Assembly (NCBI GenBank): GCA_038850115.1
Contig: JAWCMB010000008.1
Span: 1 to 42,299 of the forward strand
Origin: Thermoproteota archaeon
GTDB lineage: Archaea > Thermoproteota > EX4484-205 > JAAOZP01
Reading direction: 5' to 3'
Length of the DNA stretch: 42,299 bases
Positions 16,615 through 25,912 of the stretch are shown piece after piece. The notes under the pieces were generated by a model. That model worked only from the letters and a program-made list of their open reading frames with translations. It did no database searches and was not told where the DNA came from. Numbering within the stretch: position 1 is the stretch's first letter; the number at the start of each line of letters is the position of its first letter. Position numbers and translations under genes: made by a program.

Positions 16615-16713
16615 GGCTGCGACAATGGTTAGGTTGGAGGGTTAAAAACCTTAGGTGCTCTCAAACATTTTTTCTAAGATAAGCTTAAAAGCTTACTGGG
16701 TGAAGCGGATTCG

Positions 16714-19518
16714 ATGAGTGAAATAAAGGTTTCAAGCGGTAGGGATTACCGCGATCTTCTGAAGAAGGCTGCTGGAGTAGTGCTGGCGGTTTTTCTAGTC
16801 TGGCTCGGCTTCTCCGCCTGGCTTTTCACGATGGGCATTTACGACAATATGTATGTCGCGAAATCGGGGGTTAGCTATCTCAGCATCATGTTTTTAAACC
16901 GTAGCCTGTTCACTGCCCTAGGAGTCCTAATAGGGATAGCGGTGTTGAACCCCTTCTTCTGGCGCTCGCTCTTAAAACGTAGGCTTAAGAAAGCGGCGTT
17001 AATACTGTCGTCCGGCATTCTATTAGCATTCGTATTCTTCTCCTCAGTAGGCTCGCAAATAGCTGTTCAAATGCTTCTCCTGAATAATGCGGACAGCTTT
17101 CTGCAATCTTATCTTGGCTGGCTTGAGAAAGTGTATTTTGAACCGCTCTCCTTCTCCGGGGAGGAGCTCTACAGCAAGATGCCGGTTTTCGATTTCATCG
17201 AGCTTATGAAAATACTCTACGTGTTCTCCACGGCAATAGTTTTCATAAGCCTAGCTGTAGCTAGATTCTGGCGCATAGCTATACCGGTGAAAAAGGCTGT
17301 GGCGTGGCCTCAGGGCGACTTCATAGTGTTAGAGTTGGCGAAAACCGTCTTCTCCCTCCTCCGGTTCATCGTCTCCGTCGTCATCATAGGGTATTTTCTA
17401 TTCTGGTATCCTTCTTTAGCTTACGATGTGACGAGCCCAATGTTCAGGCTTGCACTAACCATATCCGTCATCCTGATAATTCTCCAAATCCTCTTGGAAG
17501 CAGTACCCTTTAAGAAGGCGGCTACCGTGAAGAACATTCTGGTCATCCTAGCGATCGTAATAGCAATGTTCGGGTATGCATTGCCACAAGCATACTACAG
17601 GACTCTCGGAGGATGGGATGCTAACAAGGTTTCCTACGAGTTCAACCCGAGGATTAAGCCGCATATAGAGCTCGTCAAGCTTCTTAACGGTTTAAACGAG
17701 GTTTCTGAAACAATCGAATCCTCGGGGAGCCTCAGCGACCTTGAGAAGGTTAGGCTGACGAGCCACGATTTCATATCGTCAAGGACCAGCTACGAGCTCT
17801 CAAGAAGGGGGATCCCATGGATTACTGGAAGCGAGCCCTCGATGATATATTTTAAAGAGGGCCGTCTATATTGGGTTGTTTTCACAGCCCCCGTGATGGT
17901 GGAGGCAACCGATGTTGAGACTGCTGAATCATTCATATATACTCATAGCGAGGTTATTCTGGCTTTCGACGCTACAACAGGGATTACTGTCCCATTAAAC
18001 CAGGCCCTCGGAATCATCGACGCCCCATCAGTATACTATGGTCTCGGGGGTCTTTTCAGAGAAAGGGAAATCGTGTTCGTAAACACGGGTAAGTGGAGGG
18101 AGGCTGGGACGGTGAACTACACTGGTCCGCCGGACTATGTTTTCTCGGGATGGGTCCGTGCAGCCTACTTCCTTCTTAAAGGGAGGCTCGACATAGCCTC
18201 CGGAGGCTACGGGGATACTTTAAAAGCGTTGATCACGAGGGATGCTTATAAAAGGGTTTCAGCGATAAAAGCACCATTTCTAATCATTGAAACCGACCCT
18301 AGGACGGGTGTGCCGGCGCCATACCCGGTTGTAGATCCAGATGGGAACCTTTACCTTGCTTTCTCAACCTTCATTGAGAAACCTGTTTACACCGAGTACG
18401 CTGACACGGAGAAGTATGGTGTTGAAAACGGGGGCTGTTTAAGAAGGCTTTTCTCCATCATCCTGGTAAACGTTGCAGATGGTGACATTCAAGGCTACAT
18501 GTTTGAAGAGTCCTTGAACAGCGATAACTATGTTGTCAAAGCGCTTAAATCCCTCTACCCATCGTGGGTTAGGCCAATACCCTCCTGGCTTATGCCGCAG
18601 GTAAGATACGTTAAGAACCTTATGTGGAGCATAATAGATGTTTGTAATACTTACAGGATTTCAAGCTCGGATTACGATTCCTGGTATAGGAGCACAGACA
18701 TGCTAGATTACCCGAGAGACTCTAGTGGAGGAGTGTATTCGCAAAGCGTTTTCGACATAAGGTATGTTTCGCTGGGAGGCCGATACGTGGCCCTGTGCAT
18801 AGTTGAGAACTATCAGCAGAACCCTGGGGCTTCCGTGAACATCGTCGGCGCATACGTTTTCACTCCGGATAGTAAGGAGTTCATCCTGTTTCCAAACAGG
18901 GTTCCAAGGTTAAGCGCTATAGTGGACAGCATACTTCACCATCCTACTGTTCAGCAAATATTGACTCTACACCAGACGCGCGGGGTCTCATGGGTTGAGG
19001 GAAACCTGATGGTTCAACTGGTTAATAACACGCCGATATTCATACTCCCGTTCTACTCGATAAGCGCCCAAGTGGCCTACGTCACCATGGTTGTGGTTTA
19101 TAATCCTCAAACCAGTAAGATAGGCATCTACCAGGTTGGAAACGTGGATGACTGGATTGAGGTTTCAAGATCCACCTTGGCAGCATATGCTTCAACGGTT
19201 TCTGTGAATATTACTGTGAAACCCGATTATCTTCAACAGGTTAGAACATTCCTCGTCGCGAATGGGCTGTACGTGGCTGAGCCGGTCAGCATTTCTGCTA
19301 ACGTCATCTACAGAATCGGATACGTTAAGGCTGAAGAGTTTCAGAGCACGGCTAACTCTACGCTGGCCAAGCTGGTTGACTTCTGCAGGCAGCATGGCTT
19401 GAAAACGGTCAACATCTGGGTTGGGAAAGCCGGGGATAAGGATGTGATAAACGTCGGCGTCCTAATGATGACGGTTCAAGGCGTCGAACTTCATCTTGTT
19501 CAAATAGAGACTGGTTAG
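16714..19518 (+). CDS. Large membrane protein, UPF0182 (COG1615)-like
   Basis: About 8 N-terminal TM helices, then a soluble region with YTHS, VYYG, RDAYKRVSAIKAPFL..DP...PYPVV..GNLY, IPSWLMPQVRY and GNLMV...IFILPFY, resembling UPF0182 conserved blocks. Confidence 0.7.
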   Translation: MSEIKVSSGRDYRDLLKKAAGVVLAVFLVWLGFSAWLFTMGIYDNMYVAKSGVSYLSIMFLNRSLFTALGVLIGIAVLNPFFWRSLLKRRLKKAALILSSGILLAFVFFSSVGSQIAVQMLLLNNADSFLQSYLGWLEKVYFEPLSFSGEELYSKMPVFDFIELMKILYVFSTAIVFISLAVARFWRIAIPVKKAVAWPQGDFIVLELAKTVFSLLRFIVSVVIIGYFLFWYPSLAYDVTSPMFRLALTISVILIILQILLEAVPFKKAATVKNILVILAIVIAMFGYALPQAYYRTLGGWDANKVSYEFNPRIKPHIELVKLLNGLNEVSETIESSGSLSDLEKVRLTSHDFISSRTSYELSRRGIPWITGSEPSMIYFKEGRLYWVVFTAPVMVEATDVETAESFIYTHSEVILAFDATTGITVPLNQALGIIDAPSVYYGLGGLFREREIVFVNTGKWREAGTVNYTGPPDYVFSGWVRAAYFLLKGRLDIASGGYGDTLKALITRDAYKRVSAIKAPFLIIETDPRTGVPAPYPVVDPDGNLYLAFSTFIEKPVYTEYADTEKYGVENGGCLRRLFSIILVNVADGDIQGYMFEESLNSDNYVVKALKSLYPSWVRPIPSWLMPQVRYVKNLMWSIIDVCNTYRISSSDYDSWYRSTDMLDYPRDSSGGVYSQSVFDIRYVSLGGRYVALCIVENYQQNPGASVNIVGAYVFTPDSKEFILFPNRVPRLSAIVDSILHHPTVQQILTLHQTRGVSWVEGNLMVQLVNNTPIFILPFYSISAQVAYVTMVVVYNPQTSKIGIYQVGNVDDWIEVSRSTLAAYASTVSVNITVKPDYLQQVRTFLVANGLYVAEPVSISANVIYRIGYVKAEEFQSTANSTLAKLVDFCRQHGLKTVNIWVGKAGDKDVINVGVLMMTVQGVELHLVQIETG

Positions 19519-20360
19519 CTTTTCTCAAGTAGGCTGTTCATCAGGGTTCTGGTTGCTCTAACTACATTGTCATCCAAATCCAGCCTACCATACTCGTGGA
19601 TCTCCAGGATCAAAGGCTTCCTGTAGCCTGTTCGTGAGAAAGCATTCATCACTTGGTCCCAGTCTATACTGCCCATTAAAGGAGGCAGGTGCTGATCATG
19701 AGAACCATCGTTATCATGAATGTGAGTAGCTATAAGATGCTCCCTAAGTATTTCAACCATTGCGGGCGTGCTCAGCTTATTCACGTTGGCATGCCCAGTG
19801 TCAAAGCATACTCCGAGGCTTTCGCTGCCAACCTCCTTAATCAATTCCAAGAGGTCTCTAGGCAGAGAGCCGTAGCAGGATTCAAGCCTGTTCTCCACAG
19901 CTATCTTAACACCATACTCCGAGGCGTGTTTAGAAGCCTCTTTGAAAAACCTTGCGTTGGCAAGCCTAGTCTTCTCGACAAGCCTCTGGAAACCATATTC
20001 CTCTGAAACCCTTATTCTCACTGTGTGTAGCACAAGCACACTCCATTCGAGCTCGCCAACATGCTTGATCCAGTTGAAGATTTTTCTAAGCGCCCTCTCC
20101 CTCTGAGGAGAGTCTTCTGGAGCAAGCTCTAAATCGATTTCTCCGAAAGGCCCGTGGACTTGAATAATTCTAATGTCGAGACTATCCGCAGCCTCCTTGA
20201 TGCTCCTTAAGGCTTTCAAGTCGACAGCTTCATTTTTAAAAATCTTGGATAAGTGCTCGTAAGACAGTTCAACAAACCCTACACCCTTCTCCCTAAGCCT
20301 TCCAAGAGCCTTCTCAATATCAAGAATAGAGTATATCCACGTGTCGAAACCGTAATCCAT
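19515..20360 (-). CDS. Sugar phosphate isomerase/epimerase (AP endonuclease 2 / xylose isomerase-like TIM barrel)
   Basis: QVHGPF, IAVEN, CFDTGHAN, THIHDNDGSHDQHLPP, LILE. Confidence 0.88.
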   Translation of the reverse strand: MDYGFDTWIYSILDIEKALGRLREKGVGFVELSYEHLSKIFKNEAVDLKALRSIKEAADSLDIRIIQVHGPFGEIDLELAPEDSPQRERALRKIFNWIKHVGELEWSVLVLHTVRIRVSEEYGFQRLVEKTRLANARFFKEASKHASEYGVKIAVENRLESCYGSLPRDLLELIKEVGSESLGVCFDTGHANVNKLSTPAMVEILREHLIATHIHDNDGSHDQHLPPLMGSIDWDQVMNAFSRTGYRKPLILEIHEYGRLDLDDNVVRATRTLMNSLLEKS

Positions 20361-20417
20361 GCCTACAGGTTCGCGCTAAGGTGTTTAAAAAAGATTTGCC
20401 CTTGCCAATAAATTTCT

Positions 20418-20927
20418 CTACATTGATGCTTCTAGCTTTCTCAAAAGCTCCTCCAGGCTCCCGTACTTCTCCTTTTCAGGCAAGCCTAGAAGGCTAATCC
20501 TAATTCCGACATTGCTCATCGCCTCGTAAAGAATCTCTGTGAAAACTCCCCTCCCCTTTTCCGGCTTATCGATCATAAAATGGGTCCATTCGACACCGCA
20601 GGACGGGCTTCCCTCTACGCCCAAGTATGCCATGATTCTGACGCCTTTACGCTCGTATTCTGCCGCAATCTTCGCGGCTTGGTCAGCTATCTTCTTGCAT
20701 ATTTCTCTAAACTCGGGATTATCATAGGATTCTCTAGCAGCCGGCTTCCTGCCTAAACCTTCATAAAGTAGTTCTGGACAGGGGAGCTGTATTACTCCGA
20801 TTTCCAAATCCTGTAAAAGGGCTTCGATAACCCTCTTGGATGCTTTCACTTTTTCCTCCCGCAGTAATCCCACTGCCTTACTGTATGGATTTAGTATGCA
20901 ATGAGAAACAAGCAGGATTCTCCTCAT
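20418..20927 (-). CDS. DUF523/TudS-related (thiouracil desulfidase-like) Fe-S protein
   Basis: LVSHCILN, IQLPCPE, GVEGSPSCG three-Cys signature, GRGVF; start 20927 (or 20948). Confidence 0.8.
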   Translation of the reverse strand: MRRILLVSHCILNPYSKAVGLLREEKVKASKRVIEALLQDLEIGVIQLPCPELLYEGLGRKPAARESYDNPEFREICKKIADQAAKIAAEYERKGVRIMAYLGVEGSPSCGVEWTHFMIDKPEKGRGVFTEILYEAMSNVGIRISLLGLPEKEKYGSLEELLRKLEASM

Positions 20928-21073
20928 GCCGGTATGGCTTAAAACCATATTATTAAAGCTTTCACGGGGGAAATCGGGGGAACATGTTTCTAAAGCGTTG
21001 ACATTCCATACGTAATGTTTAAAAATAGCCCGACTCTGGGAGGCTTAACACGGTGGACTGATGGTGGCTCAGA

Positions 21074-23083
21074 TTGACTGCAACAGGACTTCCGTCTGCT
21101 TCGGAGATAATCGTTTCGGGCTCCGTTTTAGCGAGCCTGCTAGCAACCATAGTTTTAGCTCTTAATGTTCTTAAACACCAGGTGAAAAACCCTCGAGCAG
21201 CCAGGATAGCCAGCTATATAGAGTCAGGCGCCTCAGCGTTTCTCCGCACAGAGTATTCCGTCATCATAGTGTTCGACGGTGCAGTAACCCTGCTTCTCCT
21301 GATTCTCCTTGGGGTTAAGACGGCTTTCGCGTTCATGCTTGGAGCAGCATTGTCTCTAGCCTCGGGTTTCACAGGGATGAAGGTGGCTGTAAAGGCAAAC
21401 GCAAGGACAATGGAATCGGTAAACGGGAACGTCTCTAAAGGTTTGAAAACAGCTTTTAGCGGAGGCTCGGTGGCTGGTCTTTCGGTTGCAAGCCTTAGCC
21501 TACTTGGAGTATTAATACTGGTTTCCCTCCTAGGGGAGGACTCGTCTGGGCTGAGCGTGGAGTTTCTAACAGGGTACGCCATGGGCGCTAGCCTGACTGC
21601 AATCTTCATCCAGATGGGCGGCGGAATATTTACAAAGAGTGCAGACATAGGTGCCGACCTCGTTGGGAAGCTTGAATATGGGCTTGCTGAGGATGATCCT
21701 AGAAACCCGGCGGTGATCGCCGACCTGGTTGGGGATAATGTGGGCGACTGCGCCGGAAGGGGCGCCGACCTCTTTGAAACTCTAAGCGGGGACATAGTTA
21801 CCAGCATGATAATAGGGCTGGGGTTCATGGATAAGTATGGGCAAACGGTCCTATTGTTCTCACCGCTCTTTCTCTCAGTGGGTCTGCTTTCTACAATAAT
21901 AAGTATCATGGTTGCGCTTAGAATCAGTAACCCTGCGAAGAGTTTCCTGACAAGCCTAGCTGTCTCAACCGTTTCCTCAGCAGTGGGCCTCTACTTTGTC
22001 TCAACCCTTTTCATGAGGGATGCTACGCTTTTCTACGCTGGGTTAAGCGGGTTGGTCGTGACCCTGCTTATGGCCATCGTGTCAAACTACTATACTGGCG
22101 TAGACTCCTCACCGGTTAAAAACATGTACGAGTCGGCTAAGAGGGGTGCTGCCATAAACATGATAAGCGGCTTCGCCTACGGTTTAAGGGGAGCAGTAAT
22201 ACCCGTGTTCCTAGTCTCAACATCCGCGATATTCTCTTATCTTGCCACAGGTAATATTTACGGCCTGGTTGCAGCAAACCTTGGTACAGACATACTCATA
22301 GGGACAGTGATGGCGTGGGACGCGTTCGGACCGATAGTCGACAACGCTGGCGGAATAAACGAGATGTGCGGCGAAGGCAATAATGGAGCGTTCGATGCTC
22401 TTGACGCTATCGGAAACACTACTAAAGCTTATACGAAAGCGTTCGCTCTCGCAAGCGGCACTTTCACAGCATTCATAGCCTTAATGACCTATTATTACGT
22501 TGTTGGCAAAAGACCGGTTGACCTTACGAACCCGTTTCACACAGCCGGTCTTCTGATAGGCATCGCCATACCGTTCCTATTCTCCTCATACATAATGAGC
22601 GCCGTGAACTCCACGACCAGAGTGATGGTTGATGAGGTGAGGAAGCAGTTTAGAGAGAATCCGGGGATACTCTCAGGGTCGGATACGCCTGCTTACGATA
22701 AATGTGTTAAAATAGCGACTCTGAATGCTTTGAAGCAGATGATACTGCCAGTTTTAATTGCTGAGGCCGTATTCCTAGGCTTCGGGGTTCTTTTCGGGGT
22801 TAATGCTTTAGCCGGCATGCTAATAGGCCTGCTAGGTTCAAGCGCCATCTTGGGGATTAAGTATATACTTATAGGCGGCGCCTTCGACAATACTAAGAAG
22901 CTTTTCGAATTGTCTGGAAACAATGATGAGGCTCTGCGGTCTGCCGTTGTAACGGGTGATACTTTTGGAGACCCACTTAAGGACGTGGCTGGCCCTTCCC
23001 TGACGATTCTCATGAAGAGCATCATAATGACGGCTCTAACTTTCGAAACAATACTGCTCGAACATGCATTGTTTCCCGTCTAG
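21074..23083 (+). CDS. hppA: Membrane-integral ion-pumping pyrophosphatase, predicted K+-independent H+-PPase
   Basis: GGGIFTKSADIGADLVGK, EDDPRNPAVIADLVGDNVGD, DAFGPIVDNAGG, GNTTKA, GGAFDNTKK, GDTFGDPLKD. Confidence 0.95.
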   Translation: MTATGLPSASEIIVSGSVLASLLATIVLALNVLKHQVKNPRAARIASYIESGASAFLRTEYSVIIVFDGAVTLLLLILLGVKTAFAFMLGAALSLASGFTGMKVAVKANARTMESVNGNVSKGLKTAFSGGSVAGLSVASLSLLGVLILVSLLGEDSSGLSVEFLTGYAMGASLTAIFIQMGGGIFTKSADIGADLVGKLEYGLAEDDPRNPAVIADLVGDNVGDCAGRGADLFETLSGDIVTSMIIGLGFMDKYGQTVLLFSPLFLSVGLLSTIISIMVALRISNPAKSFLTSLAVSTVSSAVGLYFVSTLFMRDATLFYAGLSGLVVTLLMAIVSNYYTGVDSSPVKNMYESAKRGAAINMISGFAYGLRGAVIPVFLVSTSAIFSYLATGNIYGLVAANLGTDILIGTVMAWDAFGPIVDNAGGINEMCGEGNNGAFDALDAIGNTTKAYTKAFALASGTFTAFIALMTYYYVVGKRPVDLTNPFHTAGLLIGIAIPFLFSSYIMSAVNSTTRVMVDEVRKQFRENPGILSGSDTPAYDKCVKIATLNALKQMILPVLIAEAVFLGFGVLFGVNALAGMLIGLLGSSAILGIKYILIGGAFDNTKKLFELSGNNDEALRSAVVTGDTFGDPLKDVAGPSLTILMKSIIMTALTFETILLEHALFPV

Positions 23084-23121
23084 CTAAGTTTTTAAACAGC
23101 CTTAACGTTCTTAACAATGTA

Positions 23122-23517
23122 TTGACGGAGGCAATCCTCATAAAAAGCAGGTCCATAGGTGTAAGGAGAGCCATACTTCTGCCTGAATTAAACCCTAAAA
23201 CTGTCAACGGTATTCTTAAGGCTCTTCCGTTTAAAGGCTTTGCAAACACTTGGGGTGAGGAAATATACTTTGAAATCCCAGTTCTTCTGCCGGAGGAGAA
23301 CTCGCGTAGAGAAGTGGAGAAGGGCGAAGTCGCATACTGGCCTCCTGGAAGAGCATTATGCATCTTCTTCGGCTTAACCCCTATATCTAAGAAAGGGCGG
23401 ATAATCGCGTACAGCCCTGTTAATGTTTTCGCCAAGATAGAGGAGGATATCAAAGATTTCAAAAAAGTTAAGAACGGTGAGGAAATATTTGTTGAAAAGG
23501 CTAATGCTCCTTTTTAA
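23122..23517 (+). CDS. Cyclophilin-like fold protein (TM1367/DUF369-like)
   Basis: ANTWGEEIYFEIPV, GEVAYWPPGRALCIFFGLTP, SPVNVF. Confidence 0.82.
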   Translation: MTEAILIKSRSIGVRRAILLPELNPKTVNGILKALPFKGFANTWGEEIYFEIPVLLPEENSRREVEKGEVAYWPPGRALCIFFGLTPISKKGRIIAYSPVNVFAKIEEDIKDFKKVKNGEEIFVEKANAPF

Positions 23518-23552
23518 TAATCTCGTATTCTCGTTATCCTGATGGTGTTGAA

Positions 23553-24053
23553 CTATGCTTCCTCAAAACTATCGGACCGTGTTGAACCCGAGTACTCTAT
23601 GAAAAACTCGTCTTTCGGCCTATGCAGGTTTTTAACGGTCTTCCCTTTACCGTCTTTGACGATTTTCTCAGAATCTTGAAGTGCCACCCCGACTGCCAGC
23701 GCAATATACTCTTCAGAAACAACCGCCACCGGGTCTCCTTTGCTGAACTCGCTGTGCTTAACTACTCCCGGCATCATCACGTCAGCACCCTTAACCACGT
23801 ATTCGACAGCACCCCTGTCTACAACCACTATCGGGCAGACCGTTATTCTTCCGAGGCCTTGAAGATGGGGGATGATCCTGCCATCTGGAAAAATGATTAG
23901 GGCCGGGAAACTATTTAAAAAAAGTATTTTAGCGTTTTTCAACTCGACTATCTCCGCAGATTCCACCTTGTCTAGTTTAAACGAGATCTTTCGGTTTTTA
24001 GCGTCTTCGATAAGCTTAGCTGCCTCCTTTCTCCTTATCCGTATTCTATGCAA
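23553..24053 (-). CDS. PUA-domain RNA-binding protein (MCT-1/Tma20-like)
   Basis: VVVDRGAVEYVVKGADVMMPGVV, ALAVGVA, GKGKTVKNLH. Confidence 0.88.
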   Translation of the reverse strand: MHRIRIRRKEAAKLIEDAKNRKISFKLDKVESAEIVELKNAKILFLNSFPALIIFPDGRIIPHLQGLGRITVCPIVVVDRGAVEYVVKGADVMMPGVVKHSEFSKGDPVAVVSEEYIALAVGVALQDSEKIVKDGKGKTVKNLHRPKDEFFIEYSGSTRSDSFEEA

Positions 24054-24056
24054 GCC

Positions 24057-24917
24057 TCAAAACCCTTTCATTATTTTCTCGAGTGCCTTGCAGTTTTCCT
24101 CCGCGTTCTCCAAAATATCCAGAACAGTCGGAGCTTTCAACGATGGGTTGAAGCTGGGTGGGCACTCTACAGTAAGATACCCGTTGTATCCTGCTGCTTC
24201 AAGCAGCCTGAAAACCTTCCTCCAGTCCACGCTTCCTTTAAGCACGTTCCTAAACCCATTTATGTTCCCGATGCCCGTGTCAAAATCCTTAGCATGCACG
24301 TTCGATATCATGCTTCCCAGGCTGTGGATCCAGTTTTCAGGATGGGATATTGCCAGCAGGTTAGCAACGTCGAGGTATACTTTTACATTCCTCATTCCAA
24401 CATCCATTATGAATTTCTTAAACTCCATGGGGGAGTAGAGGAACTTGTTCCAGACGTTTTCAACAGCTATAGTCACATTATAATCCTTCGCGAACTCTGC
24501 GAGTTCTTTCACTGACTTTAGAGCGTTGGCATAAAGCTCTTCATAAGGTGTTTCTGGGGAGGCTACACCTGGGACAACGAGGATCGATGATGCTCCTACG
24601 ATGCTGGCCATTTTAACACCAGCCTTGCCGTACTCGACGCCTTTACTCCTGACTTTTTCATCGTTTGAGCCGAGATTATACTTCCAGAAGACTCCAGTCG
24701 CCACACTAGGTATTTCAAGATTCTCCGACTTGAAATCTTCAGCGGTTCTCCATACCTCCTCCTCACTTCTCATAATCGGGTCGAAACTACTGTCGTCAAA
24801 GACGAGTTCGACGCCGTCGTAACCCATCCTTCTAAGCTTCTCAGCAACCTTCTTGTTGTCAAGCTCCTTCAGGATGCTTGGCCATTCAATACTCCAAAGA
24901 TTTATCCCCTTCTTCAT
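24057..24917 (-). CDS. Sugar phosphate isomerase/epimerase (TIM barrel, ketose 3-epimerase-like)
   Basis: GYDGVEL, ILVVPG, IAVENVWNKFLYSP, YLDVAN, VHAKDF, GSVDW, LTVE. Confidence 0.88.
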   Translation of the reverse strand: MKKGINLWSIEWPSILKELDNKKVAEKLRRMGYDGVELVFDDSSFDPIMRSEEEVWRTAEDFKSENLEIPSVATGVFWKYNLGSNDEKVRSKGVEYGKAGVKMASIVGASSILVVPGVASPETPYEELYANALKSVKELAEFAKDYNVTIAVENVWNKFLYSPMEFKKFIMDVGMRNVKVYLDVANLLAISHPENWIHSLGSMISNVHAKDFDTGIGNINGFRNVLKGSVDWRKVFRLLEAAGYNGYLTVECPPSFNPSLKAPTVLDILENAEENCKALEKIMKGF

Positions 24918-24965
24918 GAATGGGGATTAGGAGTTAAACTTAATAAAGTTTTAGAAGAATTCTCC

Positions 24966-25877
24966 CTAAACCTGTATCAGCTTGACTACGTTAGAACCCT
25001 TAGGAACACCGAGGGTTTTACCGATGACTTCACACTTGACTCTCAGGACGTAGCAAATCGGCTTACCGATTTCCCCTTCAAGCCCAGTGAGGGATTCGAA
25101 GTTTCCCTGCCCCTTAGACATTATGAGATCCGAGTCTTCCAAAGCTTGTCTAAACTCTTCTGAAGCCCTGTTTATAATGACCCCTATAGTGTCATCTCCA
25201 GTCGTAAGAATTTTATCACATGCTTCACTGGCTTTCACGTATTCCGCGTCTTCAAGGGTTGCGTCGTTCAAAACAGGCCCTCCCTTAACAACCATCGTAA
25301 CCCCACATCCCCATTTTTCTCTAAGACATTCCGCGGCGAGCTTGTCGAAAACTATTTCTCCAGCGTTATCCGCCAAGTAAAGGATTCTCACCCTCCTCCC
25401 TACTATTTTGCTCAGCTCATCAACATTATCGATAATTAAAGGCTCATTCAAATAGTCTTTAAACTGTGACTCTAGGTTTTCAAGATTAAAGCGATGCCCA
25501 TGGACTTCAAAATCCATCATGTTTCCGATTATGGATGCTTTGAGACAAAACCTTAACGCTTCAATCCTATCCTCAACGGTTTCAAACATTTTGCGTAAAC
25601 TTGGGTAAACCTTTAAGGCCGCATCGTTCGAAAAAGTTTTCAGTCTTTTAAACGGGTCCTTAACTCCTGTTACGCGTTGAGTAATCCTATAGACCTGAGA
25701 ATGGAGAATGTTTGGAGAAGCATCCTCTTCAAAAGCATTCGGAACCCATTTTAAGACTTCTAAAAGTATTTCTCGAATCATACTCGGGTCGCTGGTTGCT
25801 TTAGACGCTATGTCGTAGGCAGCGTTCACAGTGCAGGGGACGCAGAGTAAACCCGGTTTCACAAGCCTTCTCCGCAC
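24966..25877 (-). CDS. DUF89/ARMT1-like damage-control metal-dependent phosphatase
   Basis: N-terminal CVPC, GNMMDF, YLADNAGEIVFD, VKGGPVLNDAT, SKGQGNFESL, LRVKC. Confidence 0.9.
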   Translation of the reverse strand: MRRRLVKPGLLCVPCTVNAAYDIASKATSDPSMIREILLEVLKWVPNAFEEDASPNILHSQVYRITQRVTGVKDPFKRLKTFSNDAALKVYPSLRKMFETVEDRIEALRFCLKASIIGNMMDFEVHGHRFNLENLESQFKDYLNEPLIIDNVDELSKIVGRRVRILYLADNAGEIVFDKLAAECLREKWGCGVTMVVKGGPVLNDATLEDAEYVKASEACDKILTTGDDTIGVIINRASEEFRQALEDSDLIMSKGQGNFESLTGLEGEIGKPICYVLRVKCEVIGKTLGVPKGSNVVKLIQV

Positions 25878-25912
25878 GATAAACTTATAATCTTTCCGCT
25901 TGAGTAGAAAGC

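Noticed and set aside
15722-16645. 307-aa plus-strand ORF antisense to the AIR-synthase-related gene
   Set aside because: Ser/Thr/Pro/Leu-rich with no motifs; a typical antisense shadow of a real gene. The same applies to 21214-21909, 23872-24438, 31098-31553 and similar ORFs.
21020-21073. Possible fluoride or other riboswitch in the hppA leader (small hairpin, CTGATG)
   Set aside because: It lacks the conserved 5' GGNGATGG...CC stem and the other fluoride riboswitch elements.
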